A DNA stretch of 64,000 bases from NCBI GenBank assembly GCA_916438405.1, contig CAKAFB010000001.1, positions 294,223 through 358,222 on the forward strand, given 5' to 3'. Below are positions 1 to 11,047 of this stretch, piece after piece. A program made the position numbers and the translations under genes. The stretch is from Streptococcus cristatus. GTDB taxonomy: Bacteria > Bacillota > Bacilli > Lactobacillales > Streptococcaceae. The notes under the pieces are model-generated. The model saw nothing but the letters and a program-made list of their open reading frames with translations, searched no databases and was not told the origin of the DNA. Positions within the stretch are counted from its first letter, which is position 1. Each line of letters starts with the position of its first letter.

Positions 1-59
1 AAACAGACAATTGTAGAATATAATTATAAACTACAAATGTAGAAAAAGGAGGAAACACT

Positions 60-491
60 ATGACTATTTCGAAAAAAGCCTTTACTGGAATCTTATCATT
101 AACAGTCGCAGTTTTATTGGCTGCTTGCTCAAGCAATGCTAATCAGGGAGGAAATGCTAACTCATCACAAAATACCCAAAGCCAAACATCACAGCCTGCG
201 CAAGAACAGACTTCTTCATCCAATGCAGGCCAGACCAGCAATCTAAACGGACGCTACCAAGCAACTGACCATGATGGAGACCAGCATGTCCTAGAAATCA
301 ATGGTTCGACTGGTACTTGGACTGAGACCGAGGTCGATGGCAGTAAGGAAATCAAACAGGTACAAGTAGATGCAGCGAACCAAAGACTAATTGTCGGTGA
401 TGATGTCAAAAGTTACCGTCAAAATGGCAATCAGCTGATTGTGAACGAATTGGATGATGATCCAGATACTCTGACCTTTAGCAAGCAATAA
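60..491 (+). CDS. Small lipoprotein of unknown function
   Basis: AGGAGG RBS; signal peptide with lipobox LAAC; S/Q/N-rich linker followed by a small beta-rich domain. Confidence 0.8.
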   Translation: MTISKKAFTGILSLTVAVLLAACSSNANQGGNANSSQNTQSQTSQPAQEQTSSSNAGQTSNLNGRYQATDHDGDQHVLEINGSTGTWTETEVDGSKEIKQVQVDAANQRLIVGDDVKSYRQNGNQLIVNELDDDPDTLTFSKQ

Positions 492-764
492 GGCGATTTT
501 CAATCTGCTCTGGGAAAGAGAAAGTGCAGGTCAGATAGCGGTCGAAACCTATAGAAAAGAAACGAGGCAAGATTCGGTAGATGAACTGAAGTCTTTGCTT
601 GTTTCTTTATTTTATGAATTTCTTTCAAGGAATGTTTCTGACTTAGGGAATCGCTATACGACTTAGTGATTTTCGTGTGGATCTGGTTACCATTAGTCTC
701 ATATGTTTTTCTAGCTTGCTTCTTTATGATATAATGGTCTTCAATATCTCAAAGGAGGGTAGCC

Positions 765-1825
765 GTGTTTTTAGCTTTCAAAGAGATTGTCTATAGCCGA
801 GGGCGTTATCGTTTAGTGGTTGCTGTGGTCTTTCTCATTACCTATATGGTTTTCTTTTTATCCAGTCTTTCCGTTGGTTTGGCTAGGCTCAATCGCTTGG
901 CTCTCGACCAATGGCAGGCTGAGTCAATCGTCTTGTCAGAGTACGCCAATAAGAATCTGGTTTCTTCGACTCTCAAGGAAGAGGAGTACAGCCGCCTGCT
1001 TCAAGGCGACTCAATCGCTGCTTTGGGACAAACGTCAGCAGTGGCCAATTATGAAGATGGCACTGATAAAATCAATGCTCAGGTTTTTGGTCTCTCTTGG
1101 GATAGTTTTCTAGCGCCTGACATTATTGAGGGACGTCCTGCTGAGACGGCCTATGAAGTTATTGCGGATAAGCGCCTGAAGCAAAAAGGTGTGAAACTAG
1201 CGATCAACTCCAGCTCAATGGTAGTGAGCGCCTCTATCAGGTTGTTGGCTTCACAGAGGATAATAGCTTCTTTACGCAACCTGTAATTTTTATGGCTCTA
1301 GATGATTTCAGGGAATTAAAGTACGGCTCTAGTCAGGTTAAGAATATCAGCGCACTTGTGGTCAAAGATAGTCAAAAAATTGAAGAAACTGGGCTTAGTC
1401 AGCTCTCTATGAGTGATTTTATAGAAAATATCCCCGGCTATCAGCCTCAGGTTCTGACTTTTTCCTTTATGATTGGGGCTATGGTTCTGATTACCTTTTT
1501 GGTATTGGGCATTTTCATGTACATCATCACCATTCAGAAGACTCAACTTTACGGTATTATGCGCGCCCAAGGAATTGCCAGTGGGAAGATTATTGCTTCT
1601 ATTTTTTGGCAGATTTTCATCCTGTCCACTCTGGGAATCAGCTTAGCTGTCTTGGCTCTTTTGGGAACCCAGCTAGTCTTGCCGGCCTCTATGCCTTTTT
1701 ACAGTGACTGGCGAGCTTATGCTGGATTGATTGTTCTTATTGTTCTTATGTCCCTGGCTGGCGGACTCTTGTCCATTCGTCGGGTTCTGAAAATTGACCC
1801 TATCACAGCAATCGGAGGTGAGTAA
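765..1825 (+). CDS. ABC transporter permease, FtsX/HrtB-like (one frameshift near 1200, likely sequencing error)
   Basis: N-term MFLAFKEI..RY, C-term ..KIDPITAIG typical of this family; split over ORFs 765-1286 and 1292-1825. Confidence 0.8.
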
Positions 1826-2490
1826 ATGCCAATCATAGAACTAAAAGGGGTTACAAAAGAATACGGTCAAGGGCATACGCTGGTTCAAGCCCTGAAACCA
1901 ACTGATTTCCAACTGGAAGCTGGGCAGTTTGTAGCCATTATCGGGCCGTCAGGCTCGGGGAAAACAACCTTTCTGACCTTGCTAGGGCATTTGCAAACTC
2001 CTTCAAAAGGACAGGTTCTCCTACGTGGGAAAGATACCTCCCAGCTTAAGGAAAGGAACGGGCTGCTCTACGTTTCAATGATTTCGGCTTTATTTTGCAG
2101 GCTTCCAATCTCATTCCTTTTTTGAAAATCGAAGACCAGTTCCAGCTGATTGACCGCTTATCTAAAAAGGAAAGGACGGATCTAGACAGTCTGATTGAGT
2201 TGCTAGATTTAAAAGGAACTCTCAAGCAGTATCCGAAAGAATTGTCCGGCGGAGAACGGCAGCGGGCTGCTATCGCCAGAGCGCTTTACAATAGCCCAGA
2301 TATTATCTTGGCTGATGAGCCGACAGCTAGTCTAGATACAGAGCGGGCCAAGCGCGTGGTTCATCTGCTCAAAGAAGTGACTCAAAAATTTAACAAGAGC
2401 GTGGTCATGATTACCCATGATACCCGTCTGCTGGACGAGGTTGACAAGGTTTATGAAATGCAAGACGGAGTGCTGACTCAAGTCCGATGA
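1826..2490 (+). CDS. ABC transporter ATP-binding protein, HrtA/LolD-like (frameshift near 2055)
   Basis: Walker A GPSGSGKT, signature LSGGE, Walker B ILADEPT, H-loop ITHD. Confidence 0.85.
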
Positions 2491-2596
2491 AGATGTAGCC
2501 AAACAAAAAATAGTTTGGGACAAGGAGAATGCCGCAATTCATGATCAAGCAAAGCATCAGCATGATTGAATAGACAAACAAACACGGTTCTGTTTT

Positions 2597-2782
2597 TCAA
2601 GAACCGTGTTTCGTTTTCTTCGCTTTTTGGTGATTTTCAGGATTTATTTTGGTGGTGCGGGCTTTGTGGAGGAGAACCTCCAGCCAGCTACGTTCTTGGA
2701 TGCGTTCTCTGACCTGTCCATTTTTTCGACTTTCTAAGTATTCGCCCAGATCTTTTGCTTTGATAAACTCTGTGATTCCCAT
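2597..2782 (-). CDS. Possible 61-aa small protein directly downstream of mnmE
   Basis: ATG 1 nt after the mnmE stop with AGGA 7 nt upstream; no recognisable domain. Confidence 0.35.
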   Translation of the reverse strand: MGITEFIKAKDLGEYLESRKNGQVRERIQERSWLEVLLHKARTTKINPENHQKAKKTKHGS

Positions 2783-2783
2783 A

Positions 2784-4157
2784 TTATTTTCCTAGGCAGA
2801 ATTGGCTGAAGAGCTGGGTGATGAGCTCGTCTGGTGCAGCGTCACCAGTGATTTCGCCAAGGATTTCCCAAGTGCGGGTCAGATCGACTTGGAGGAGATC
2901 CACAGGCATGCCTAGTTCCAGTCCCTGATTGACGGCTTGCAGGCTTTCGACAGCCTTTTCGATGAGAGAGATGTGACGGGCATTGGACAGATAAGTGGCG
3001 TCTTGCTCGACAATTCCAGCATTCTCAAAGAAGAGCTGATTGATGCGATCCTCGATTTTATCAATATTTTGATTGTGGAGGACGGAAATCTTGATTGCAT
3101 CAGTCGGCAGCTGGTCTAGTTCAATCTTCTCTTCAAGGTCAGTTTTGTTAAGTAGGACGATGCGATTGCTGTCTTGGCTAATTTCAAGCAATTGTTTGTC
3201 TTGGTCAGTTAGTTGCTCGCTGGCATTGAGAACCAAGAGAACCAAGTCGGCTTCCTGCAAGGCTTTTTTAGAGCGCTCAACGCCAATCTGCTCCACAAGG
3301 TCATCCGTTTCCCGAATCCCTGCGGTATCGATGAGCTTGAGTGGTACGCCGTTAATATTGACATACTCCTCGATCACATCACGAGTGGTTCCCTCAATAT
3401 CGGTCACAATAGCCTTGTCCTCGCGCAGAAGGTTGTTAAGCAGGCTGGATTTGCCAACATTAGGGCGACCGATGATAGCGGTAGAAATACCTTCTCGCAG
3501 AATCTTGCCGCGTCGCGCAGTTTTGAGAAGATGGGTCAGAAGTTGCTCGAATTCAAGTGTTTTTTCACGAATGATTTCCGTCGTTGCTTCCTCAACATCG
3601 TCGTACTCAGGATAGTCAATATTGACCTCGACCTGAGCCAGTGTATTGAGGATTTCCTGACGGGTGCTATTGATAAGGTCGGAAAGAGAGCCGTCCAACT
3701 GCTTGACAGCATTGTTCATGGCTTTATCGGTCTTGGCCCGGATGATGTCCATGACGGCCTCAGCCTGAGTCAAATCCACGCGCCCGTTGAGAAAGGCTCG
3801 CTTGGTAAATTCTCCAGGCTCTGCCATTCTGGCCCCTTCTCGGATAGCCAGCTGTAGGATTTCATTGGTCACCGCAATCCCACCGTGGGTGTTGATCTCG
3901 ATGATATCTTCACGGGTGAAAGTCTTGGGAGAACGCATGGCCCCGACCATGACCTCATCCAGAATCTCCTGGTTTTGAGGGTCGATGATATGACCATAGT
4001 TAAGTGTGTGGCTGGCCACTTTGCTTAGATCCTTGCCTTTAAAGATTTTTTGTGCAATAGCAAAGCTGTCAGTTCCGCTTAGTCTGACGATACCGATGGC
4101 TCCTTCCCCAAGAGGGGTCGAAATCGCAGCGATTGTATCAAATTCTCGTGTTATCAT
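2784..4157 (-). CDS. mnmE: tRNA modification GTPase MnmE
   Basis: [46 protein letters not shown]-term FCLGK. Confidence 0.97.
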   Translation of the reverse strand: MITREFDTIAAISTPLGEGAIGIVRLSGTDSFAIAQKIFKGKDLSKVASHTLNYGHIIDPQNQEILDEVMVGAMRSPKTFTREDIIEINTHGGIAVTNEILQLAIREGARMAEPGEFTKRAFLNGRVDLTQAEAVMDIIRAKTDKAMNNAVKQLDGSLSDLINSTRQEILNTLAQVEVNIDYPEYDDVEEATTEIIREKTLEFEQLLTHLLKTARRGKILREGISTAIIGRPNVGKSSLLNNLLREDKAIVTDIEGTTRDVIEEYVNINGVPLKLIDTAGIRETDDLVEQIGVERSKKALQEADLVLLVLNASEQLTDQDKQLLEISQDSNRIVLLNKTDLEEKIELDQLPTDAIKISVLHNQNIDKIEDRINQLFFENAGIVEQDATYLSNARHISLIEKAVESLQAVNQGLELGMPVDLLQVDLTRTWEILGEITGDAAPDELITQLFSQFCLGK

Positions 4158-4377
4158 GTATATCCTTTCTGAAAATCTATTTTGCAAACATCTGTCCCAA
4201 AATTCACCCAAAAAGTTTTTGAGATTTGTGCATCATTTTGTCCTTACTTTGCATCAATTAATAGGTATAATAGGAAAGTGATAGTTAAATCCTTGTGTCT
4301 TAGTAAAATGCGACTGACGGCTAGAGTTCTTTCCAATATTGGTAAAAGATAAACAGCTGTCGGGTAGGAAATTTATG

Positions 4378-4995
4378 TTATTCTAAACCTGTTCCTATCT
4401 TGCTAGTCAGTAGGAAAGAACCGTCTTCGTTTTTTGAAAAAGTTAGGACGACGGCTTGATACTTGCTTCCTCCTGGTAAGTAGGTGATGGTTTTTAATTC
4501 AGAGCCGCTGACAGTAGAAGTAGTTTCGTCAGTTGGTTTGCCGTGGTCGCGAATGACATCGTCGTATTTTGTTCCGCCGGCACCTCTTTTCAAAATATCG
4601 CCCTCTTTGAGTGCATCAAATTCTGCTTTTGTCCATGTAAACGTCGTGCTTTCTTCTTTTTCCTTTTCTTCTTCTCTTTCTGACGAATCAATATAGGAAC
4701 GATAAGAACTCGAAAGAGTATCAAACCTTTTTCCCATTTCATTGAACATACGGGAATAGAATGATAGAGTGACAAGTGCGATGATTAAGGAGAAAAAGGA
4801 AATGACAGAGCCAATTATAGCCAAAGTTTTCTGTTTCTTTTGGTTAATAATGAGACCGATAATAGCAAGGATAAGAGCAATAGTACCGATAAAAAAAGAT
4901 AGATAATTGATGATTGGTATCCAGGAGCCAAGTAAAGCGATTGCTCCAAAGACAATGGCTAAAATACCTAAAACTTTATTTTCTTGCTGCATCAT
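4378..4995 (-). CDS. Membrane protein, three N-terminal TM helices plus an extracellular domain (DUF4190-like)
   Basis: GAGGAGG RBS, hydrophobic N-terminus, charged linker. Confidence 0.7.
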   Translation of the reverse strand: MMQQENKVLGILAIVFGAIALLGSWIPIINYLSFFIGTIALILAIIGLIINQKKQKTLAIIGSVISFFSLIIALVTLSFYSRMFNEMGKRFDTLSSSYRSYIDSSEREEEKEKEESTTFTWTKAEFDALKEGDILKRGAGGTKYDDVIRDHGKPTDETTSTVSGSELKTITYLPGGSKYQAVVLTFSKNEDGSFLLTSKIGTGLE

Positions 4996-5157
4996 AACAA
5001 CCTCCTCAGATTTTCTATAGCTTACTACTTGAAATATGTATTTCTTTTAGTAATTTGCCTATCTTCATTGTAGCGTAAAATAGAACTAGGAGCAAGATTT
5101 TAAGGAGATTTTCGTAAAATGAAGCACTGTTAAAATGCGATGAACCGTTTAAAGAGC

Positions 5158-5195
5158 TGAAAACACTTTCAAATTTCAAAGAATTGTGATATACT
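5158..5195 (+). promoter_or_regulatory. cre-like (CcpA) site TGAAAACACTTTCA and extended -10 TGATATACT for the rpiA-deo operon
   Basis: Near match to cre consensus TGWAANCGNTNWCA at 5158-5171; TGn-TATACT downstream. Confidence 0.55.
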
Positions 5196-5221
5196 AAACA
5201 TAGTTGATTTGAGGAGGTGCT

Positions 5222-5902
5222 ATGGAAACTCTAAAGAAACTAGCAGGCATCAAGGCTGCTGAATTTGTCGAAGACGGGATGGTGGTCGGTCTGGGAACAG
5301 GTTCGACTGCTTACTATTTTGTCGAGGAAATTGGTCGACGTATCAAAGAGGAAGGCCTGCAGATTACTGCAGTTACGACCTCTAGCGTGACTAGCAAGCA
5401 AGCAGAAGGCTTGGGCATTCCACTGAAGTCCATTGATGAAGTGGATCAGGTCGATGTGACCGTTGATGGAGCTGATGAAGTGGATCCTCAGTTCAACGGC
5501 ATCAAAGGCGGAGGCGGAGCCCTGCTGATGGAGAAAGTTGTCGCGACACCTACCAAGGACTACATCTGGGTGGTTGATGAAAGCAAATTGGTTCAAAAAA
5601 ACTAGGTGCTTTCAAGCTGCCAGTCGAAGTGGTGCAATATGGTGCGGACCAAGTTTTTCCGTCGCTTTGCTGAGGCAGGCTACAAGCCAAGCTTCCGTGA
5701 AAAAAATGGCCAACGTTTTATCACGGATATGCAGAACTTCATTATTGATCTAGATTTAGGTGTAATCGAAAATCCAGTCGAATTTGGCCGAGAATTAGAT
5801 CATATCGTGGGCGTTGTTGAGCACGGCCTTTTCACCCAAATGGTCAACAAGGTGATCGTCGCTGGTCAAGGTGGCGTAAACATTTTAGAAGCAAATAACT
5901 AG
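5222..5902 (+). CDS. rpiA: Ribose-5-phosphate isomerase A (frameshifts near 5600-5660)
   Basis: [31 protein letters not shown] motifs. Confidence 0.95.
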
Positions 5903-5915
5903 AAAAGAGGTTTTC

Positions 5916-7126
5916 ATGTCAAAATTTAATCGTATTCACTTAGTCGTTATGGACTCAGTCGGAATTGGGGCGGCACCAGATGCTAACAATTTTGTTAATG
6001 CAGGGGTGCCAGATGGTGCTTCCGATACGCTGGGACATATTTCCAAAGCAGTCGGTCTAGACGTGCCAAATATGGCTAAGCTAGGTCTGGGCAATATCGA
6101 GCGTGAGCAAGCGTTAAAAACTGTACCAGCTGAGGAAAATCCAAGTGGTTACTATACTAAATTAGAAGAAGTTTCTTTAGGTAAAGACACGATGACAGGC
6201 CACTGGGAAATCATGGGTCTGAACATTACTGAGCCTTTTGATACTTTCTGGAACGGCTTCCCAGAGGAAATCTTGACTAAAATTGAAGAATTTTCTGGCC
6301 GCAAAGTTATTCGTGAGGCGAACAAACCTTATTCTGGCACGGCAGTTATTGACGACTTCGGGCCTCGTCAGATGGAAACAGGCGAATTGATCATCTATAC
6401 TTCTGCTGACCCAGTGCTTCAAATTGCGGCCCACGAAGAAGTAATTCCTTTGGACGAGCTCTATCGTATCTGTGAATACGCTCGCTCAATTACCTTGGAA
6501 CGCCCTGCACTTCTGGGACGGATCATCGCTCGCCCTTATGTGGGTGAGCCAGGCAACTTCACTCGTACAGCCAATCGCCATGACTATGCAGTCTCTCCAT
6601 TTGAGCCAACTGTTTTGGACAAGCTCAATGAAGCTGGTATTGATACTTATTCAGTTGGTAAGATTAACGACATCTTCAACGGTGCAGGTATCAACCATGA
6701 CATGGGCCACAACCAGTCCAATAATCATGGTGTAGACAATCTGATCAAGGCTATCCAGTCTGAGGATTTCAAGTATGGCTTCTCATTTACCAACTTGGTA
6801 GACTTCGATGCTCTTATGGTCACCGTCGTGATCCGCATGGCTACCGTGATTGTCTACAGGAGTTTGACGCTCGCTTGCCAGAAATCATTGAGAACATGCG
6901 GGAAGACGACTTGCTCATGATTACCGCTGATCACGGTAACGATCCGACCTATGCCGGAACGGACCATACTCGTGAGTACATTCCGCTCTTGGTTTTTGGT
7001 AAATCACTCAAGGGGAATGGTCACTTGCCTGTTGGACATTTTGCGGACATTTCAGCAACCATCTCTGACAACTTCGGTGTGGACAAGGCCATGATTGGTG
7101 AAAGCTTCTTGGACAAATTGGTATAA
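5916..7126 (+). CDS. deoB: Phosphopentomutase (frameshift near 6815)
   Basis: [33 protein letters not shown] motifs. Confidence 0.95.
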
Positions 7127-7151
7127 GCATAGAGAGCGAGGAAAATATTTT

Positions 7152-7964
7152 ATGACAACATTATCTGAGAAAATCAAAGCAACGGCAGCCTTTTTGAAAG
7201 AAAAAGGTATGACAGAGCCTGAATTCGGCTTGATTCTGGGATCTGGTTTGGGAGAATTGGCTTCTGAAATCGAAAATGCCATTAGTCTTGACTATGCGGA
7301 TATTCCAAACTGGGGCCGCTCAACTGTCGTTGGTCACGCTGGAAAATTAGTCTATGGAGATTTGGCAGGACGCAAAGTATTGGCACTGCAAGGCCGTTTC
7401 CATTTCTACGAGGGAAATCCTCTGGAAGTCGTTACTTTCCCAGTGCGCGTGATGAAGGCTCTCGGTGCGACAGGTGTCATTGTGACCAATGCTGCCGGTG
7501 GTATCGGTTATGGTCCTGGTACGCTTATGGCGATTACTGACCACATCAATATGACTGGCCAAAATCCTTTGATCGGTGAAAACTTAGATGAATTTGGCCC
7601 ACGTTTCCCTGATATGTCTAAATCTTATACACCAGAATATCGTGCAACTGCTCATCAAGTCGCTGATAAGCTTGGCATTAAGCTGGATGACGGTGTATAT
7701 ATTGGTGTTACCGGTCCAACTTACGAAACGCCAGCAGAAATCCGCGCTTATAAGACGCTCGGAGCGGATGCAGTCGGCATGTCTACTGTTCCCGAAGTGA
7801 TCGTGGCTGCCCATTCAGGCTTGAAAGTTCTCGGAATTTCATGCATTACCAATCATGCTGCCGGATTCCAAGAAGAACTCAACCACGAAGAAGTTGTAGA
7901 AGTGACTGAACGTGTCAAGGGCGACTTCAAGGGCTTGCTTAAAGCCATTCTTGCTGAATTGTAA
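7152..7964 (+). CDS. punA: Purine nucleoside phosphorylase, trimeric type
   Basis: ILGSGLG, GRFHFYEG, GPTYETPAE, VGMSTVPE motifs. Confidence 0.95.
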   Translation: MTTLSEKIKATAAFLKEKGMTEPEFGLILGSGLGELASEIENAISLDYADIPNWGRSTVVGHAGKLVYGDLAGRKVLALQGRFHFYEGNPLEVVTFPVRVMKALGATGVIVTNAAGGIGYGPGTLMAITDHINMTGQNPLIGENLDEFGPRFPDMSKSYTPEYRATAHQVADKLGIKLDDGVYIGVTGPTYETPAEIRAYKTLGADAVGMSTVPEVIVAAHSGLKVLGISCITNHAAGFQEELNHEEVVEVTERVKGDFKGLLKAILAEL

Positions 7965-8134
7965 GAAAAGAAAGAATCATAGAGAGAGGAGAGCCTGAGT
8001 TTCAAACGAACTCGGATTAACCTTTCTATGACATTTGGTAAATATTTGAACTAAGGAAAGGTAGAGCGTGTGTTTTGATTTGAACACGAGCGGAAAACTA
8101 TCTTTCAAATAAACACAGAAAGGGAGGGCTAACT

Positions 8135-8256
8135 GTATTCGCTGAACTGAATACGGGCGGAGAACTGTGTAAAAAAGATAAACTTTCTAGCATCTGCGAT
8201 GCGTCGTCAGTTTCCTATTTTTACTTGGTTCTCTGTCGCCCTTTATATCTTAATTT
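8135..8256 (+). other. Structured cis element abutting the deoD start codon
   Basis: Hairpin GTATTC/GAATAC (8135-8154); long imperfect hairpin GGGCG..CGCCC (8155-8241); no SD directly before the ATG. Confidence 0.55.
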
Positions 8257-8964
8257 ATGTCTATCCATATTGCTGCTAAGCAGGGTGAAATTGCTGATAA
8301 AATTCTTCTTCCGGGGGATCCTCTTCGTGCCAAGTTTATTGCGGAGAATTTTCTAGAAGATGCCGTTTGCTTTAACGAAGTGCGGAACATGTTTGGCTAC
8401 ACTGGTACTTACAAGGGTCAGCGGGTTTCTGTCATGGGAACGGGCATGGGAATGCCGTCTATTTCCATCTATGCGCGTGAGCTGATTGTGGACTACGGGG
8501 TGAAAAAGCTGATTCGTGTGGGAACGGCTGGCTCGCTCAATGCAGATGTCCACGTTCGTGAATTGGTTCTGGCTCAAGCGGCTGCGACCAACTCAAACAT
8601 TATCCGCAATGACTGGCCTCAGTATGATTTTCCTCAGATTGCCAGCTTTGATTTACTAGATAAGGCCTATCATATTGCCAAAAATCTCGGTATGACAACC
8701 CATGTTGGGAATGTCTTGTCGTCAGATGTTTTCTATTCGAACTATTTTGAAAAAAATATCGAGCTGGGCAAATGGGGCGTGAAAGCTGTTGAAATGGAAG
8801 CTGCTGCCCTTTACTATCTGGCTGCTCAGCACCAAGTAGATGCCCTAGCTATCATGACCATTTCTGATAGCTTGGTCAATCCTGACGAAGATACGACAGC
8901 AGAGGAACGGCAAAATACCTTCACTGATATGATGAAGGTTGGTTTGGAAACCTTGATTGATTAA
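8257..8964 (+). CDS. deoD: Purine nucleoside phosphorylase DeoD, hexameric type
   Basis: [38 protein letters not shown]. Confidence 0.97.
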   Translation: MSIHIAAKQGEIADKILLPGDPLRAKFIAENFLEDAVCFNEVRNMFGYTGTYKGQRVSVMGTGMGMPSISIYARELIVDYGVKKLIRVGTAGSLNADVHVRELVLAQAAATNSNIIRNDWPQYDFPQIASFDLLDKAYHIAKNLGMTTHVGNVLSSDVFYSNYFEKNIELGKWGVKAVEMEAAALYYLAAQHQVDALAIMTISDSLVNPDEDTTAEERQNTFTDMMKVGLETLID

Positions 8965-8966
8965 GC

Positions 8967-9742
8967 ATGAATCTAGATTTAAAAGAGGAAATTCTCTTTG
9001 CGATTTCCCGTTATGACTATGCTTATGCCTATAAACTGGCGCAGAAGTTGATGGGAAGTTCCTCGATTGTAACCAGCCTATTGGCTATTCTGGCAGAGCG
9101 CAGAGAGCTCAATATTCTGCCAGCCATGGATGAAGAGTTGAAGACTGCCTTGCAGACGCAAAGCGGTTTTCAGCTTTTTTGTCATACCGATTTGGCTGAT
9201 GAGCAGCTGGCCAACTATCTCTATGATTTGGAAGCCAAGTTGCGTAATGAGCAGATTATTGATTTCGTTCGAGCGGTCAGCCCAGCGATTTATCGGATTT
9301 TCATGCGCCTGATCAAGCTGGAAATCCCTAATATTGAGCACTTTATCCATAATTCTCGTGAAGCCAGCTATGACCGCTGGAAGTTTGAACGGATGCGGGA
9401 GTCGGATTATGCTGCCTTACAGGTCTTTCATGCGGAAAGCACGGTCAATTCATCTAGTCTGACAGAGTTGATTTTGCATTTGGATCTGCCGGAGTCTGTC
9501 AAGGAAGAGGTCAGACAGCTGCGGGAATTGGAAAAGTCAGTTCGAAATCCGCTGGCTCATCTGATTAAGCCCTTTGATGAGGCGGAATTATATCGGACAA
9601 CTGGCTTTCATCCCAGTATTTCATGGAGATTTTGGTGGACTTGGCACGTTTCACAGGTATTGTCTACGATCGGGAACATTTTTATTTTGATGAGGCAAAC
9701 CGCTTGGTTAGAGCTTTATTGATAGGAGAGGAAAATGGATAA
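8967..9742 (+). CDS. CARF-less Csm6-like helical+HEPN protein, probable streptococcal CpsX ortholog (frameshift near 9610)
   Basis: NYLYDLEAKLRNEQIIDFVRAVSP resembles the Csm6 helical-to-HEPN segment; RxxxxH motif RNPLAH at 9543-9560; shifted frame ends YFDEANRLVRALL.. with stop at 9740-9742. Confidence 0.7.
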
Positions 9743-10466
9743 AATACAGCAGTTGCAAGACATGATTGACCAAAGTCAGAATATCGTCTTTTTCGGCGGG
9801 GCGGGTGTCTCGACTGAGTCTAATATCCCTGACTTTCGCAGTTCGGATGGGATTTATAGTGTCAAGCTAGGTCGGCATTTTACGGCAGAGCAGCTGGTTT
9901 CACATACTATGTTTGAGCGCTATCCGCAGGAGTTTTTCGATTTTTACAAGAAATACCTGCTCTATCCAGAGGCTAAGCCCAATGCGGCTCACGCCTATCT
10001 GGCCCATCTGGAGAAAACCGACAAGCTCAAGGCTGTGGTGACGCAAAATATTGACAGCCTGCACGAAATGGCTGGTTCAAAAAATGTCCTCAAGTTGCAC
10101 GGCAGTGCGGATAGGAATTTCTGTCTAGACTGTCAGCGATTTTACGATTTAGAGGCTTTTCTAGCTCTGCCTGGAATAGTGCCTTACTGCCCTGACTGCA
10201 GCGGCGTGATCAAGCCCGATGTGACCCTCTATGAAGAACCGCTAGATATGGAAGTTTTCCAGCAGGCAGCTCAAGCAATCCATCAAGCTGACCTACTGAT
10301 AATCGGCGGCACTTCCTTAGTCGTCTATCCCGCAGCCAGCCTCATCCAGTACTTTGCAGGTAAGCATCTGGCAGTCATCAACAAGACTAGCATTCCACAG
10401 GACAAGCAAGCTGACCTCGTCATCGAAGGCAAGATTGGGGAAGTGTTTGCGCAGTTGAGGCAGTAA
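9735..10466 (+). CDS. cobB: NAD-dependent protein deacylase (Sir2/CobB family)
   Basis: GAGVSTES, PDFRS, TQNID, LHGS, two CxxC zinc knuckles, GTSLVVYPAA, INK. Confidence 0.9.
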   Translation: MDKIQQLQDMIDQSQNIVFFGGAGVSTESNIPDFRSSDGIYSVKLGRHFTAEQLVSHTMFERYPQEFFDFYKKYLLYPEAKPNAAHAYLAHLEKTDKLKAVVTQNIDSLHEMAGSKNVLKLHGSADRNFCLDCQRFYDLEAFLALPGIVPYCPDCSGVIKPDVTLYEEPLDMEVFQQAAQAIHQADLLIIGGTSLVVYPAASLIQYFAGKHLAVINKTSIPQDKQADLVIEGKIGEVFAQLRQ

Positions 10467-10491
10467 AACTAAAAAAGTTTTTTTGCTAGGA

Positions 10492-10940
10492 ATGTTTGGT
10501 TAGAAAACGAAATTTTGTCTGGTCATTTATGATATCGTGAGCCATAAGCGAGGCCTGAAGCTATCAAAGCTTTTAGAAGGCTATGGTGTGAGGGTTCAGC
10601 GTTCCTGCTTTGAGCTGGCTCTTGATAAGCTGGACTTTGACTGCCTTGTGAGGGAGCTGAGGGCCTTTTATCAGGCAGAAGAAGGGGACAATATCATTAT
10701 CTATCTGGGACACAAGGAAGAGGAGGCTGGGACAAAAGTCCTAGCCTCTCAATTGTCTTTGGATTATCGAGCAAGACGCAGTGGTTGAGTGGGCTCTACT
10801 ACGCTGATTTCATCAGCTTTTACAACCCTACTCAACTGTGCGGAGGTGAGACGACGAAATCGAATTCTAACGAATTACCGATTTCTGTCCCACTCTCTAT
10901 GATGGCGCGGAGTTGCTAGAGGATATTTTTGTTCTTTTAA
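10492..10940 (+). pseudogene. cas2: cas2 pseudogene: TAG at codon 4 and a 175-bp repeat inserted near the 3' end
   Basis: ATG TTT GGT TAG then in frame KTKFCLVIYDIVSHKR..GYGVRVQRSCFE (Cas2 signature); probable tail YDGAELLEDI.. resumes at 10898. Confidence 0.85.
10723..10897. mobile_element. 175-bp interspersed MITE-like repeat, copy 1 (inside cas2)
   Basis: Near-identical to 32299-32474 and 47097-47271; imperfect terminal inverted repeats GAGGCTGGGACAAAA / TTTCTGTCCCACTCTC. Confidence 0.85.
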
Positions 10941-11047
10941 GCTGTTGTTTCTGGGCTAGACATGGTATAATGGAGTTAGGTTTTAACTAGTTTCTAAGGG
11001 GTACTAGATGTGGTGGGGGTCTTCTGAGGCTGTATACAAGATATGCG
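10941..11047 (+). promoter_or_regulatory. CRISPR leader with extended -10 (TGGTATAAT, 10963-10971)
   Basis: Lies between cas2 and the first repeat; TGn-TATAAT. Confidence 0.6.

Noticed and set aside
3073..3857. Long antisense ORFs over mnmE (similar ones over pyrC, parE, murMN)
   Set aside because: Shadow frames of well-conserved genes with no RBS or recognisable domain.
9735..10466. Sirtuin next to the CRISPR locus as an anti-phage NADase effector
   Set aside because: It has the full zinc-binding CobB-type deacylase architecture and no CARF/SAVED sensor, so a housekeeping role is more likely.
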